Of a stretch of 54,875 nucleotides of DNA, positions 1-13,054 are shown piece after piece (position 1 is the first letter of the stretch; each line of letters begins with the position of its first letter). The position numbers were made by a program, and so were the translations under genes. Source of the stretch: Octopus bimaculoides (Eukaryota); contig NC_068984.1 in the NCBI RefSeq assembly GCF_001194135.2, forward strand, positions 20,735,310 through 20,790,184, given 5' to 3'. The notes beneath the pieces were generated by a model. That model was not told the DNA's origin, made no database searches, and worked only from the letters and a program-made list of their open reading frames with translations.

Positions 1-5
1 TTATT

Positions 6-215
6 AGGCGGCGAGCTGGCAGAATCATTAGCGCGTCGAACAAAATGCTTAACCGCATTTCTTATAGCTCTTTGCGTTCTGAGTTGAAATCGCGCTTGAG
101 AGTCAACTTTACCTTTTATTCTTTCGGGGAAAATAAAGTACAAGTGAAGTACTAGGTTGATGATATCGACTAATGCCACTTTTAGAATTGCTGGCCTTGT
201 ACCAAAATTTGAAAG

Positions 216-277
<62 letters not shown>
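6..277 (+). mobile_element. tRNA-derived SINE, family A (Meta-domain-like core), with (ATT)n tail
   Basis: Head ggcggcgagctggcagaatcattagc (A-box-like), B-box-like gagttgaaatc, tail ggccttgtaccaaaatttgaaagc followed by ~20 ATT units. The same architecture recurs more than 15 times in the window. Confidence 0.85.
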
Positions 278-278
<1 letters not shown>

Positions 279-299
279 AGTGGATCCAGAGCAACAACA

Positions 300-357
300 A
301 TGATTTCTTAAATAGACACAAGGCCAGATTTTCAGGGAAGGTGGAGTTAGTCGATGA
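300..357 (-). mobile_element. SINE family A 3' fragment, tail-to-tail with the 6-277 copy
   Basis: gacacaaggccagattttcagggaaggtggagttagtcgat is the reverse complement of the family A 3' end. Confidence 0.65.
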
Positions 358-784
358 TTTCTTATAAGAAATAATTTGTTTAGAAATGCCCTATAAATAG
401 AGAAAGTGTACGTTAAACACATACACACACAAACAAGAAAAGCAATAGCATAATCACAACAAACATTCACACACAAACATACATGCACAAATATATACAT
501 GTGCAAACACAAACAATTAAGCTCATTGGTGAAACCATGGCCAAGAAACAAAAACTTGAGAAAGCCGTCTTTGTAGTGAAAGCGTAAGAGAGGTTGGCTT
601 GTCATACAATTTTGCCATTCATAGAGATTTTATGAATGAAATTGTTGAACTGCACAACGATGAAGTGTTTGAGAAGATTGCAATGAGTCGTATGTAACGA
701 TTGCATTTACGACACATGCACGCACCTCACACATGCGCAGATATTCATATGCATACACAAGCAATGCTTCTTTCTTTGTATGAT

Positions 785-785
<1 letters not shown>

Positions 786-833
<48 letters not shown>

Positions 834-843
834 AAGAGAGAGA
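786..843. repeat. (GA)n microsatellite, representative of dozens of (AT)n, (AC)n, (AG)n, (TATG)n, (TATC)n, (ATT)n, (CAT)n and (AGT)n tracts across the window
   Basis: Directly visible. Other large tracts include 2658-2720, 8588-8672, 20520-20850, 26585-26660, 27660-27790, 35915-36255, 48070-48420, 51690-51790 and 54836-54875. Confidence 0.98.
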
Positions 844-1599
844 GCGATTATGTACCTATTTGGCATATGGTTTGTAACTTGGCTTAGAACATACGTTTAT
901 GCCAAGGAGCCAGTCACTGTTGTTGACTGTAGAAAAAAATATATACAAGTCAACACACATACGTCGACCACACACACACACACTAAATATCCTGAGAATG
1001 AATGTGCATGATATACTATAATGTTAACTAAGGATGATGATGATGACAACGTTTCTCAGTTTCTATGTTTAATTACTTGTTTCTTCCTAAGATACAAACC
1101 TCTCTCTCTCTCTCTCTCTCTCTCCACATACTCACTCATCCTCCCACACACCACTCACATACACACGTATGTATGTATCTATATATATCTATATATACAT
1201 ACTGCCTGACCCAAGTTTGTTACGTCTTTTTAAAGTAAATCATGTTTAAATGTTGTCTTAGGAGAAAATACACACATTTCCTGTCGTTACTTCCCAACAG
1301 GAAACCTATAAAGTATTGCGCGCGCGCGAATTTTCACTCACAATCAACTCGTTGCCCTTTTCTATATAATTTATAATGTTCGTATCTGTAGGCATTTGTT
1401 GGTATGTTTGTATGTGGGAAGGCATGAGTGGGAAGGCATGAGTGGGAGGAGAGAAAGACAAATTTGAAAGGAAGAACCTTGGTTCAAAACGATGCCAAGA
1501 CAACATCAATGAATGTTTCAAATTATCTACAATTCGCGTACACGTTTCCAAAGAATCCACCCCCATACGATTGTGGAAGTAAAAGACTTAGTAAATCTT

Positions 1600-1760
1600 C
1601 CACCAATGCCAGATACGAAATTGATATCAACAGAAAAGTTACCAAATTGAATTAACTGTACGGGATTTGGTCTAAGCAGATACGGCCAAAATGAAATGGG
1701 GTTACAATATGAAATCCCCTTTCTACGATTGTGGAACAATCAACAGTTACATTTCTTTCC
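1600..1760 (+). pseudogene. Possible 3' end of a Vingi/Ingi-like LINE ORF (decayed C-terminal zinc-finger region)
   Basis: Frameshifted translation KLN*..TGFG..RY..KWGYNMKSPFYDCG resembles the LNRLRTGxGR..KWG..CxCG C-terminus of Ingi/Vingi-type elements. The match is short and degenerate. Confidence 0.35.
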
Positions 1761-1849
1761 ATCACTGAATTCCTCTTGTTGTTTGGGTGATCACAGAAAT
1801 ATCCTAAAGATCCTACAATGTGGAATTTAAAAAAGTGGAAAGTTTTCTA

Positions 1850-2290
1850 GAAAGAGTTAGAGGATTACGTCAAACCTGTACTAGTATTTCGTCTCATTGA
1901 CTTTGAAAAGATGAAAAAAGACGGTGGTTTTGGCGAGATCTGAACTCAAAAATATAAAGAACCAGAACTATGTAACGCCCTAACGATTCTGCTAGTTATG
2001 GCTTTTTTAATGCTAAAAATAAGTGCTTTCAATTTAACTACAAGGCCAGTAATTTTGAGGGGAAGGGATTAATCCGATACCATTGATGACAATATTTTAT
2101 CAATCTTGATGGGATGAAAGGCAAAGTTGACGTCGGCAAGATTTGAACTAAGAGCGAAGAAATACCGCAACTAGAGGAAGGGGATCAGTCGATTACATAT
2201 ATGCCAAAGAAGTGACTGGTACTTTATTTTAATAACCCCAGAAGGACAAAAAGCAAAGCCGACCTGGTCGGGATTTTAACTCAAAACATA
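1850..2290 (-). mobile_element. Three degraded SINE family A copies in tandem
   Basis: Repeated reverse-complement motifs such as gatgaaaggcaaagttgac, gatttgaactc, acaaggccagtaatttt and taacgattctgc. Confidence 0.7.
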
Positions 2291-2653
2291 ACTATAAAAA
2301 GTTATACTGTTGGCTTCAGTAGAAACTGGAACTAACTCCTCGAATAGAACTTTATTCAGTGGAGAGATGAAACCCTATAAAATATTTGACGAACCAACGG
2401 GATGTAGTGGTGTCAATGGCACCGAGACATGGTCATTTAGGCCTGTTGGAAATGACAGTCAAATCTCCCTCAATTTAACTCGGCGATCTTTGCGAAAAGA
2501 TACATGGGATGTGGTAATCCTTAGAGAAAAGGGAATAGATTGGTTAAAACAATCCTTACTCCTTTATAAACAAAATGATTGGATGGTTATGGCCAGAAAA
2601 CTTTCAGCAGTTTCTGTGTGTTCGATCAGCACAGGCCTGCAACTAAACAACAT

Positions 2654-2689
<36 letters not shown>

Positions 2690-2721
<32 letters not shown>

Positions 2722-3135
2722 GTTTAATGTCCGTTTTCCATGCTGGAATGGGTTGGACGGTTTGACTGAGGTCTGGAGAGCCAGCAGCTGCACCATCTGA
2801 TCTGGTTTCAATGTTTCTACAACTGGATGCCCTTCCTAACGCCAACCTCTTTGAGAGTGTAGTGGGTACTTTTTTACGTGCCACCAGCACAGGAGACAGT
2901 CAGGGGGCACTGGCCATAGCTACGATATTGGTTTTACTTGACTCAACAGGTCTTCTCAAGCATATCGCCCGACGCATCAGGGGTATTCTTAACAGGGCTG
3001 GACATGAGTGGCTGCGATCTCACTTTAGTTGCCGGGTCTTCTTAATCACAGCTTATCTCCAAAGGTCCCGATCTCCTGTCATTGCCTCTGTGAGGCCCAA
3101 TGTTCGAAGGTCACCAATTCAACTCATGTCTTCCT
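2690..3135 (-). mobile_element. 5'-truncated RTE-clade LINE 3' end (ORF C-terminus, 3' UTR, (GAT)n tail)
   Basis: The minus strand encodes decayed (G)RPRKT*..DLRTLGLTEAMTGDRDLWR*AV, typical of the RTE C-terminus GRPxxxW...DRxxWR. It ends in agcatggaaaacggacattaaacgatgatgatgat. Confidence 0.75.
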
Positions 3136-3641
3136 GGGTCTACCTCTATATGTGTGTGTGTGTGGATATATATGTATATATATGTGTGTGTATACATATA
3201 TGTGTATATGTATACACACACACACACACACACACACGTATATGTGCATATGTGTGTGAGAGAGATTATTCTTTAATTTTTCACAGCTATGACCATGTTG
3301 GAACAGCCGCTGTTGTCGTTTAGCCCCAGGTCAACCATAACCAAGCAGCTCGATGATCAAAAGAATTCAAGCTGTGACGATCCAGTTTTTTTTTTGTTTT
3401 TGCTTTTTAATTGGTATCTGGCGCTACAACATCAAATGTTACTTTTTGCCATTTTCTTAAGGCAGTAAGGCTATATAAGCTAGAGGGAAATTTGATTGCT
3501 GTTTCTAGCGAGGTTATTTCGTTAGTTAGTCACTATGAGTGTGAAGAGAAATCTGCATACATTGACGGGATGTACATGCATATATAGATAAAGATACATA
3601 AATATACACGTAACAATAATAGACAGAAGATATATAGCTAC

Positions 3642-4002
3642 GGTACCTTTTGGTTATCTCAACCCCATTAAAAAACTGGGTCATCTCCCCACTAAAAAAT
3701 CTAGTTAATGTGGCGACCTAGAGTTAGATCCTTTTGATTGAATACTTCAACACATTGTTGACGTTTGGCCTCCTCAATAGGCATGATATGATTTGTTAAA
3801 AAAAAAATCATCAGATTCAGTAAGATGTTTAATTTTTTCAGTTTTCACGTTTATTAATTTTTTCATTTTTTGTCTTTTGTTTTATTGAGGGTTAAACAAC
3901 ATTTTCAGTTGAAGGAGATAACCAAAAGTACCGATATTTCTCGTAAAACGTGAGGGGGGGGGACCTAAATTTTTAATGGGGGTGAGATAACCAAAAAGTA
4001 CC
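3642..4002. mobile_element. MITE, 361 bp, GG...CC termini, 8-bp TSD (Merlin-like)
   Basis: Perfect TSD atagctac at 3634-3641 and 4003-4010. ~44-bp imperfect TIR: ggtaccttttggttatctcaaccccattaaaaa... versus ...tttttaatgggggtgagataaccaaaaagtacc. Confidence 0.85.
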
Positions 4003-4042
4003 ATAGCTACACAAGATATACACACGCATAGATACTGCATAA

Positions 4043-4330
4043 CATAGGTGGTTAGGAAGTTCGTTTTGCAACTCCGTATTTTCGGGTTCAGTCCCACTGT
4101 ACAGAACTTTGGGCAAGTGTCTTAAGTGTCTTCTAGAATAGTTCCCGGCTGACTAATGCATTGTGAATGAATTTGGTCGTCGGAAACTGAAAAAAGACCG
4201 TCGTGTGCGCATGCACACACATGTGTGTACTCCTCGCCGCTTGACAGCCGGTTTTCATGCCCTATCCCCGTAAGCTAGCGGTTCGACAAAAGACTGGTAA
4301 AATAAGTACGAGATTTTAAAAAAAACAACA
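4043..4330 (+). mobile_element. tRNA-derived SINE, family B (CORE-like ttgggcaagtgtctt, internal microsatellite slot)
   Basis: gggttcagtcccactg (B box), ttgggcaagtgtctt, cggaaactgaaa, cgcttgacagccgg, aataagtac. Homologous to the 29041, 30470, 32835 and 43300 copies. Confidence 0.8.
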
Positions 4331-5039
4331 ACAAAATAAACTGGAGTCGATTTCTTCAACTAAAATCTTGAAGTGCCCTAGCATGGGTGCAATCCAATGA
4401 CTGAAAGAAGTAAAAAATAAAAAGAAAAGATAAAAGATACTTAGAAAAATTTGAGACATACATAAGTAGATAGATAATCGTTCATAGAAATATATAAACC
4501 CAGAGGAGAAATACATACTCTAAGATGTAGAGCAGTTAATATTACAGTGGGGTAGGCCGGTAACCCCATAAACCGGCCTACCCCACTATAAATAAGTAGA
4601 TAGATAGATATGTAAACAGAGATAGGCGGCAGGAAGGATCTAGATAAAGTAAGTAGGTAAAGAAGAAATAAGAATTTGTGTATTTTATTCACAGAGAAAA
4701 GTGAATGAAGTTTTATATATCATAGAGAGAGGAAAGAAGAGGAAGACAAACAGAGAAAACAGCCAACAAGTATTTATGTATGTCTCTGTGTAAGAAAGTA
4801 GGTGTGTAGTACAATGTGTGCGTGCGCGCACGCTAAGTAGTCAGTTAAGCAGATTTGTAGGCGCAGTATGGCTGACTGGTTAAGAAGTTTGCTTTGCAAT
4901 CATGAAATGTTGGCTGCAATTCCGCAGCGAGGTATCTTGGGCAATGGATGTAACCTTTAGAAGTTATCCTGGGACCGGAGACCAGGCTCGAATGCTTGCA
5001 ACAGATTAAGTCTACCAAAGTATACATACATAGCATATA

Positions 5040-5200
5040 CAAAAGCAAAAAAATAAAACAACAAAAGTACAAGGGACGTTCACTGTTACTAGTATTAGGT
5101 TGACGCTCAAGGAAGAATGGAAAGGGTCATAGAGTAAAAGTTATAACGTTTCGGAGACAGTCTTTCTTCGGATATAAGAGAAAGTCCAAGAGAAACAGGG
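5040..5200 (-). mobile_element. Short Penelope-related non-autonomous element with minimal hammerhead-like motif (5144-5172)
   Basis: Minus strand reads CCGAAGA-A-agactgtctcc-GAAAC-GTT. Flanks (gggacgttc, gacgctc, aaagtccaagaga) are shared with 35640-35830 and 47160-47354. Confidence 0.55.
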
Positions 5201-5299
5201 AAAGTATACATGATCTTCTCTACAATATGCAGTTGTTATTATTGGTTTTCGTTACTGTATGCAGTAGAAAATAGGATGGATATTAACAAAAGTATCATC

Positions 5300-5640
5300 A
5301 AAATTGAATACACAACCTTTTGGAACGTGGACATTTGGAAAGGTTCTGAGAATATCATGGATAGAATAAAAAACCAATAAATATGGCAAAAAACTAGGGT
5401 AATGTTTTGAACTTTTAGACACTATCAAAAAAGGGGGGAAAAAAACTAAAATACTTTGGATTTAAATAGAAAAAAAATGGTTTATAGAGAAAGCAAAATG
5501 AATGAGGGGAATATAAACGGAGAAAGCAGAAATTGTGTGGATGGTAGCACCAAGAATTGAACGCACAGAAAGAGAGACCGAGATGGTGTCCCTGGTTGTT
5601 AAGCTGCTGAGAGCAGACATTATCTGACGATGAAGAATGT
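5300..5640 (+). pseudogene. Decayed RTE-clade LINE ORF 3' segment
   Basis: Frameshifted translation W..KVLRISWIE*KTN ... KLKYFG ... EGNING ... LVVKLLRAD matches the RTE C-terminal pattern RILRISW..KTN...LKYFGH...EG.I.G. Confidence 0.6.
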
Positions 5641-5885
5641 CAGATTGTAAAGTTAACTGTGATTCTTCTTACGGCATGTTTTTGTGAAAAGCACGCTCAC
5701 ACATATTTCCCAATGCATTCTTTTGGTATATCTTTCTAGATTGAATACTCAATACTCTAAAGCAGAACTACAATAATATAATCTAATGTATACATGTAGT
5801 AATGATGCAGGCAAAATACATTATAAGTACGAATATTAACACTGGTGTCTTATTAATTAAGAAAATCTACTACTGTTACTACTAC

Positions 5886-6295
5886 TACTTATAATAATAA
5901 TGAGTTCAAATTTTGGCACAAGGCCAGCAATTTCGGGGGAGGAGATAAGTCGATTACATCGACCCCAGTGATCAACTGGTATTTATTTTATCGACCCCAA
6001 AGGATGACGGAATTTGAACCCAGAACGTGAAGACGGGTGAAATAACGCTGAGCATTTTGCCCGGCGTGGTAACGATTCTTATTTCTTTATTGCCCACAAG
6101 GGGCTAAACATAGAGGGGACAGACAAAGGGATTAAGTCGATTATATCGACCCCAGTGCGTAACTAGTACTTGATTTATCAACCCCGAAAGGATGAAAGGC
6201 AAAGTTGACCTCGGCGGAATTTGAACTCAGAACGTAACGGCAGAAGAAATACCGCTAAGCGTTTCGTCCAGCGTGGTAACGATTCTGCCAGCTCA
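5886..6295 (-). mobile_element. Two tandem SINE family A copies with different 3' tails
   Basis: Both carry the atcgaccccagtg/gatttgaac/taacgattct body. The tails differ: ggcacaaggccagcaatttc (5886-6080) versus ttgcccacaaggggctaaacatagagggg (6080-6295). Confidence 0.85.
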
Positions 6296-7167
6296 CACAC
6301 AGCCTTAAATGAATATTATTAATATTAAGATAGATATGAAATCATTATTTGTATCTCTCGAAAAGAACAAAGTTTCTAAAAAACAAATGGAGAGAGTTCG
6401 TAGTGTTGTCTAGGTATGATACCACATCTGTCATGTTCACTTAGGATGTAAGTTCGAGTCCCACGGGCAGCCGTCGACTTTTTGTTTTCCACCCTAGGCG
6501 TTTTTTAAATCCAATATTCGACATGCTTTTATTTATAGATTTATCTAGTTCGAGTTCCACCGTTAATATANNNNNNNNNNNNNNNNTATATATATATCGC
6601 GCAAGCGTGAGAGAATGTGAGAGAGAGAGAGAGAGAGAACGAACTAAACTTGGTTAAGAGTTACAGGAGGTGAGAAAGACTCAGTGCCAGAAAATTGCAT
6701 TAAGTCACATTTTCTAGCCTTATGGTAGACGACTCTATTCACAAAAGTAAGGAATATACATATATATATAAACTTTTGTAACTACTTTCTTCACCCACCT
6801 ACGCATACCTCCACAGTCACGTTATATATAAACAGACGCACATAATTGTTTGTAAGTGCGTGTGGCAAATATGTGAGAGAGAGAGAAGGGGAGAAAGAGA
6901 GAGAGAGAGGTTTGGTTGTAAAGAGTAAGTCGTTCTGAATACACATTTCCTGTATAAGGGAAGAAGAAAGCAGAAGACGAGAGGTAGGATTCGAGAATGA
7001 GGGCGCAAAGGGAAGGAAATATGTTGAACAAAAAAAAAGTAAAGTAAAAATAGATAAATAAATATAAATGTCGGTTTGCTGAGAGGAAAGTACGAACAGA
7101 CACGATTGGTAATGGCTAAAGAGAATGAGTACGTATGAGAAAGAAAACGCGCGCACGCGTTGTGCAC

Positions 7168-7575
7168 GCATGACTGGCCTGGGTTATTGGGATCGCCTCA
7201 GAACGTCAAACTTTTATTCTCTCCAACGCCACTGTGAGCGCTACATAGTTTGGACAATGAGGGAAATATTCCACCAACATTGTCCAAACCATGCCAGTAG
7301 GGAAGTCCCTAAGTCACCCAAGGTTACGCCTTCGTGCCAAACGCCATTCCCCTCAAAAATCAAGTTCCTATCACATAACGTTGCGTCACAACAATTTTTT
7401 TTAACTGCGCTAGTCCTTTGTCTTCTACTACGTTATCTCGAAAGGAATCAATGGGGGGAAAAAGACGCTATAATGTTCAAATGGTACCAGGACAAATCCC
7501 CCCAAGAAATACCAGACAAACTACTGACACTTGGACACATTTAGGCAAACAACTCCCGACGCGAGTAGGCTAGGA
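7168..7575 (+). pseudogene. CR1/L2-clade LINE 3' end remnant
   Basis: ORF 7125-7544 contains GLGYWDRLRTSNFYSLQRHCERY...QEIPDK, matching the CR1-type C-terminal motif Y.ERL..L.L.SL..RR.R. Confidence 0.8.
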
Positions 7576-7964
7576 TAGTTCCTTGACATGACTTAGAAGA
7601 CTACTTCCAGTTGGTATTTAGACATTGCCTAGAGAGAGAGTGAGAGAGAGGGGGGAGAGAGAGAGAATGTGTGTAAGTGAGGGCAGAGGTAGAAGAGAGG
7701 AGGAAAGGAAGGAACGGAGAGAGCGGTTGTATTTGAGAAAACATCGGCATCGGTGTCGACGAAAGCGAGTGGAGAATGGAGTAGAGAAAGTTTTTAGCAT
7801 AGGAACCATTCAGCACCAACTAGACTGACTAGTTAAGGAAGAAACAATTACACACACACACACACACACACACTCTCTCTCTCTCTCCCATATACATGCA
7901 CATATATTTATATATACATACATATGCATATATATATTATGTGTGTGTGTATATATATATATAT

Positions 7965-7999
<35 letters not shown>

Positions 8000-8584
8000 G
8001 AATATATTTGGGCACACACGTGTGTTGGTGGGGTGGGATGGGGATAAATAGCATCCCGTCGATATCGAGAAAGAATAATCCAGTTCTTTGAGCAACTGAA
8101 CTTTCCCCTACTCATTGTGACCCGTTTACCCTTAGGGTGGGTATTCAGCAAACATATCGTCTACTCTATTTCATTTTGGTAGACATAATCCCTTTTACTC
8201 TAGACATGACACTTGTCCAAGATTCCACAAAGTGGGATCCACCCTGGGACTTCATAACTGTGTATATAACATGTAGACCAAGCTTAGGTAGATGGATGGA
8301 TAACTTACTTTAATCTGTTTAGCAACAAAATGGTTGGCATGGCTGGAGAGAAATATAGCTTGACAGATAGACAAATAGTCAGACATAGCTAAATAGATAA
8401 GATAAATAGACAGACTGACAGAGAAGTACACATAAACAACTCTTAGCTGTATAGATAGCTAGCTAAGCCATTCATCTATTCGTATCTTAGGCAGGCATGT
8501 ATACGCACATACATAGATGTTAAAATACCGCACATAGACGTATAATACACATCTGCGTGTGCTTAAGCACATACATTTACACGC

Positions 8585-8672
<88 letters not shown>

Positions 8673-10623
8673 GTACAGACGAAGTATAATTTATTTATCT
8701 GGCTGGTTTGTGGGATTGTTGGTTTGACTTGATTCCAACAAGCACCCAGTGAAAAGTCGAAAAACTTTTTTGACATTACAAGAACTAATTCTTACCACCA
8801 CTACTACCGCCGCCATGCTGCCTTTTACCACCCACTCGTTCAATCTACGAGCCAATGAGGAAACGTTTACGCGGTTACCCGACTCGCTAGAAATAGCAGT
8901 CAAAATTCCCTCAGATTATATACATCTCTTCTAAAAAACCCAGACACATTAGGTAACACTAAAAAGATGGGATGGTCACAGCTGTAACGTATTTTCGAAT
9001 TAGGGGGAGCAGGCCAGATCTGGATCTAAACAACAAAAACTCGTTCAGTCTCATTTACCCCTCCTCACATTTTTCTTTGTCTTTCTATCGTTCACTCTGT
9101 CTGTCTCTCTTTCTCGTTTTCGTTCAGCTCGTTCAACCCCCACCACCTCTCGTCTCCAGCTTCAAAACGACCCACAACAACAATTTTTTTTTTTTACACA
9201 TTCGTTCTCAGCCTGTTTGCATGTATGTTCGTGTGCGTGTGTGATTGTGTGTGTGTATGTGTACATATGTAAACGGAAAAATATCTGGAAAGCTAATAAC
9301 ATCCGTTTTAGCGAGATAACTTCAGGTCTTAGTGCACTTCCTTCGAGAGATGGTTGGAGGGTGAAAATATGTTCAAAAATCTTTATTTTTGTTATACTCT
9401 ATCTCTTTCCCTTCTTCTTACATGTATACATATTTATGTATATGTATATATGTGCGCGCGCACACACACGAAAAGCGAACCCACCACATTGGCGTGTGTG
9501 TATAAAAAAAGTACTTGAAATCTCGTACGTTAAATATAACATAATCCAAAACTTGCCGTATGTGTGTGCGTGCGCGCACACGCACATCTATTTCTTCGTT
9601 ACTACTTTAAGTTACTTGCTATAATAAGCAAAAGTTTAAAATATTTTCCTGTTATTTAATTTCCAACACCCACATCACACACATACACACAAGATAGACG
9701 CCGAAAGAGCTTTTGCTATGCACTGCTTTAGTAAGACATAACAGTCAAGTCTCCCTCAAATTACGTCGGAACTGTCTCAAAAGAAAGGTCCTTAACTCCA
9801 CTGCCCCCACCTAAATATTGGGTAAGTTTAATCTGCTTCCTTGAGGGCTAATATACTCCACCAACCAAAATACATTACAAGAGTATTCATCCAAGACCCA
9901 TATATAACACATCTTTATTTGTAGTTGTAGAAGTTGCTTGAAATAGCAACTAAATCTCCCTCAAATCACAACCCTCCCGTTTTAAACGAAGGCAAACTGG
10001 ATAATGTAGTGTGATAGATACCGCTAAAAAGACGATGACTGAACCAGTCCAAAATAACCGGGGGTTATAAAGGAACAGTTTTCCAAGGACTTTTATTTCG
10101 ATTTTTATGAATGGAGACAAAATTCAATATAATACTTGTCTCAAGTGTGTGTACGTGTGTCCCTCCTCTTACTATATAGTAAAGAAATATAAACTTCTTT
10201 GCTCAGTTGCTTTTCACACACACACTCTCTATCTATATATATATATAAAACCATCCATATACACTAGACATACATACGCGCCACTTCTAACACGCACGCG
10301 CTCACTCAGACTCACTCTATGCAACATGCGCAGTTTTCAATGGCTTTAGTTTTGGCATACCTTCATAAAAGAATAGCAAGCAATAAACACAGTATAAATG
10401 AGTGGGTGGATTGATGGCTATAATAGATATTGACAGCCGAAGAAAAAAGACAGAGCAGGAGGCGAATAGACAAATACATAGTTTCAGATAAAGACAGACA
10501 AGCAAACAGAAATATTGCTACACAATAAAAGAATTATCTATCTATCTATTTTTTAAAATATCAGCATTATTGTTTGTAGTCATGGTAATTTATGATCATT
10601 TTAGTTAAACTCTTTCTACGATG

Positions 10624-10663
<40 letters not shown>

Positions 10664-11052
10664 GTGTATTATATGACAACTTTATGAATCGCCCCATTAA
10701 AAAATAGATTGTGTATTGCGTTGAGTGAATGCATGCCAGTGTGTTGTAAAAATGACTAGGCTACTTGTTGCTGTTTTAAAACTCCGAGTCATCCTTGTTC
10801 GACCAAGGCTTACTACTCCTACTCCATCACATCTTTTCTTATGTACTTAGTATTGCATTTGCAAATGATGTATCATTTTTTAAAGACAATATGGTAGTAT
10901 GAAATGCGGATGATTTGGTTTCTTTCTCTAGCTGATCGGGCGACCGCATAGAAGTTCCTACAATAGCTTGTATTATTTTTTTATTTTCGTTTTGTTTCTG
11001 AAAAATCTATGAAAATAGATTTGCCATGGCATTCATCTTTAGTGTTAATGAC

Positions 11053-11087
<35 letters not shown>

Positions 11088-11731
11088 CAACAGGAACAGT
11101 GGTATGTGCAACAATTTATATAAAAAAAGATAAAACTCAGTGCATATGTGTCGTTAAAAAATGATGAAAGTGGTAAAAGTTTCAAGTGAGGGAGAGAGAG
11201 AGAGAGAGGGGGAGAAAGTGGGGGAGAGAGAGGAAAGGGAGTTATGATAAGTTAGATAGGATGATGAGGTGAAAGGGGGGAGAGGTAGGGCTGAACGATA
11301 GATGTTATGAATAGAAAGACAGGAAATGAGGTGAGCCAGAGAGCTGGTGTGGGGGTGGAGGCGAGATAAATGACGGGACGTTGAAAACTTTGTTGAGTGA
11401 AGAAGATGAAGGGAGGAAAGGGTGAAGGAAGAGATAAATAAACGAGAGAAAGGAGGAGGAGAGGGCGGGCGTGAAGAGTTAAACGAAAATAATACAAAAT
11501 ACAGAAAGTAAATGAATGTAATACACTGATACATAAGCTACATACAAACATGCAAACTGACACACAAACTGATAGACCTATTTTACTAACACACACGCAC
11601 ATACAAACTGATGCATAAACATCGACACATACATGAAGATACACACAAACTGGGACATACAAATTGATACATAAACTGACACATGAAAATATCAATAACA
11701 AAGCAATTGGGGGTAACAGGATCAAAAGAAC

Positions 11732-11772
<41 letters not shown>

Positions 11773-12354
11773 GTGGAAGAAAGAAAGCACAGTTGCAGAA
11801 AGAAAGTGAGAGAGAGAGGGAGGAAAGAGTATATAACTTGTTATGGATAAAGAAATATGAAGGCATGCCCCGTCCGCTATAAACATAATAAGGGGTATGA
11901 GAAGTTTTAGAGATTATTTGTTTTATCTTCTCAATGAGTTGGACAAAATTGTATTTTTGATGTTTTTTCATGCTTTTTAAAAAAATTTATTTTGTGCTGT
12001 ATTACCAACTGACAATTTCTGAAACAATTTCAGGGATATGAAAGATATAATAATAATAGTTGTGCTTGTAGGGATGACCATCTGTGTCAAAATAATGGAT
12101 GATTCAAGGTTATTCTTCTTAGATGTCTTCAGTCAGCACAAAGTTACCCTAAAAGGTCTGGAGATAACCTTTAAAGAAGAAGAAGAAGAAAAGACCCACA
12201 TGCAACGAAATTTTCCACAGAAGACATACGCCTCAGAAGGGAATGTTGTATGATCGGAGAGTAACCCTCATCAAATACGTTGATGTTATGACCAATCGTT
12301 TTCTTTTTTTTTTTTTTTGCCTTTTCTTTTGCTAGTAATATATATTGTTTTAAA

Positions 12355-12610
12355 AAGGATGCATAGCCCAGTGGTTGGACATACGATCAAATAATCGAAG
12401 TTTCGCTTCCACGACCTGGCAACGTGTCGTGTTATTTCCCGTTGCTTTTGTCTAGTCAGCTGAAAGTGAGTACCGGCTTTGTGATGGTATTGCATCACCG
12501 ATATTCCACTGGATCAAGGGTGAGAAGGCTCGAGAACGTGTCAGTTTCTGCTGGTGATAATGCAGGTGCCTAAAACAATTGGCGAAAGCGTGGTGCAAGA
12601 ATAAAATGTC
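12355..12610 (+). mobile_element. Old, diverged tRNA-derived SINE
   Basis: Begins ggatgcatagcccagtggttgg (A-box-like) with a decayed B box, and ends in an AT-rich aataaaa tail. Confidence 0.4.
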
Positions 12611-12834
12611 ATACTCGCTTGCGAGTGACAGCTAATGAATTCAAGATTGTGATCTATCTCTTTCTCTCGGTCTCTTATTCTGTATCTCATGCCTCATTCT
12701 ATCAAGAAAGAAATTTTGAGCACGTCCCATTCCCGTTCTGTCAGCGTCTCACACAACCTTCAATTTTCCAGTTCCAGTTTCTGTTTCTTACTCTCTCAAC
12801 TAACATACACATATTTCAAATTATTATCATTGCG

Positions 12835-13035
12835 GCATTCCAAGCGAAATGCTTAGCGGTCTTTCGCCTGTCGCTACATTCTGAGTTCAAATTCCGCCGA
12901 GGTCGACTTTGCTTTTCATCCTTTCGGGGTCGATAAATTAAGTACCAGTAAAACACTGGGTCGATGTAATCGACTAGCTCCTCCCTACCAGATTTCAGGC
13001 CTTGTGCCTTTGGTAGAAAGGATTATTATTTATAA
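12835..13035 (+). mobile_element. SINE family A, well preserved
   Basis: aaatgcttagcgg...gagttcaaattccgccgaggtcgactttgcttttcatcctttcggggtcgataaattaagtaccag...ggccttgtgcctttggtagaaaggattattatt. Confidence 0.9.
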
Positions 13036-13054
13036 ATGTTACAAAGTCTTGTTA

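Noticed and set aside
2310-2765. 151-aa ORF ending in poly-His
   Set aside because: It starts at a non-ATG codon, runs through a dispersed repeat, (AT)n, (CAT)n and an antisense RTE tail, and shows no recognisable domain.
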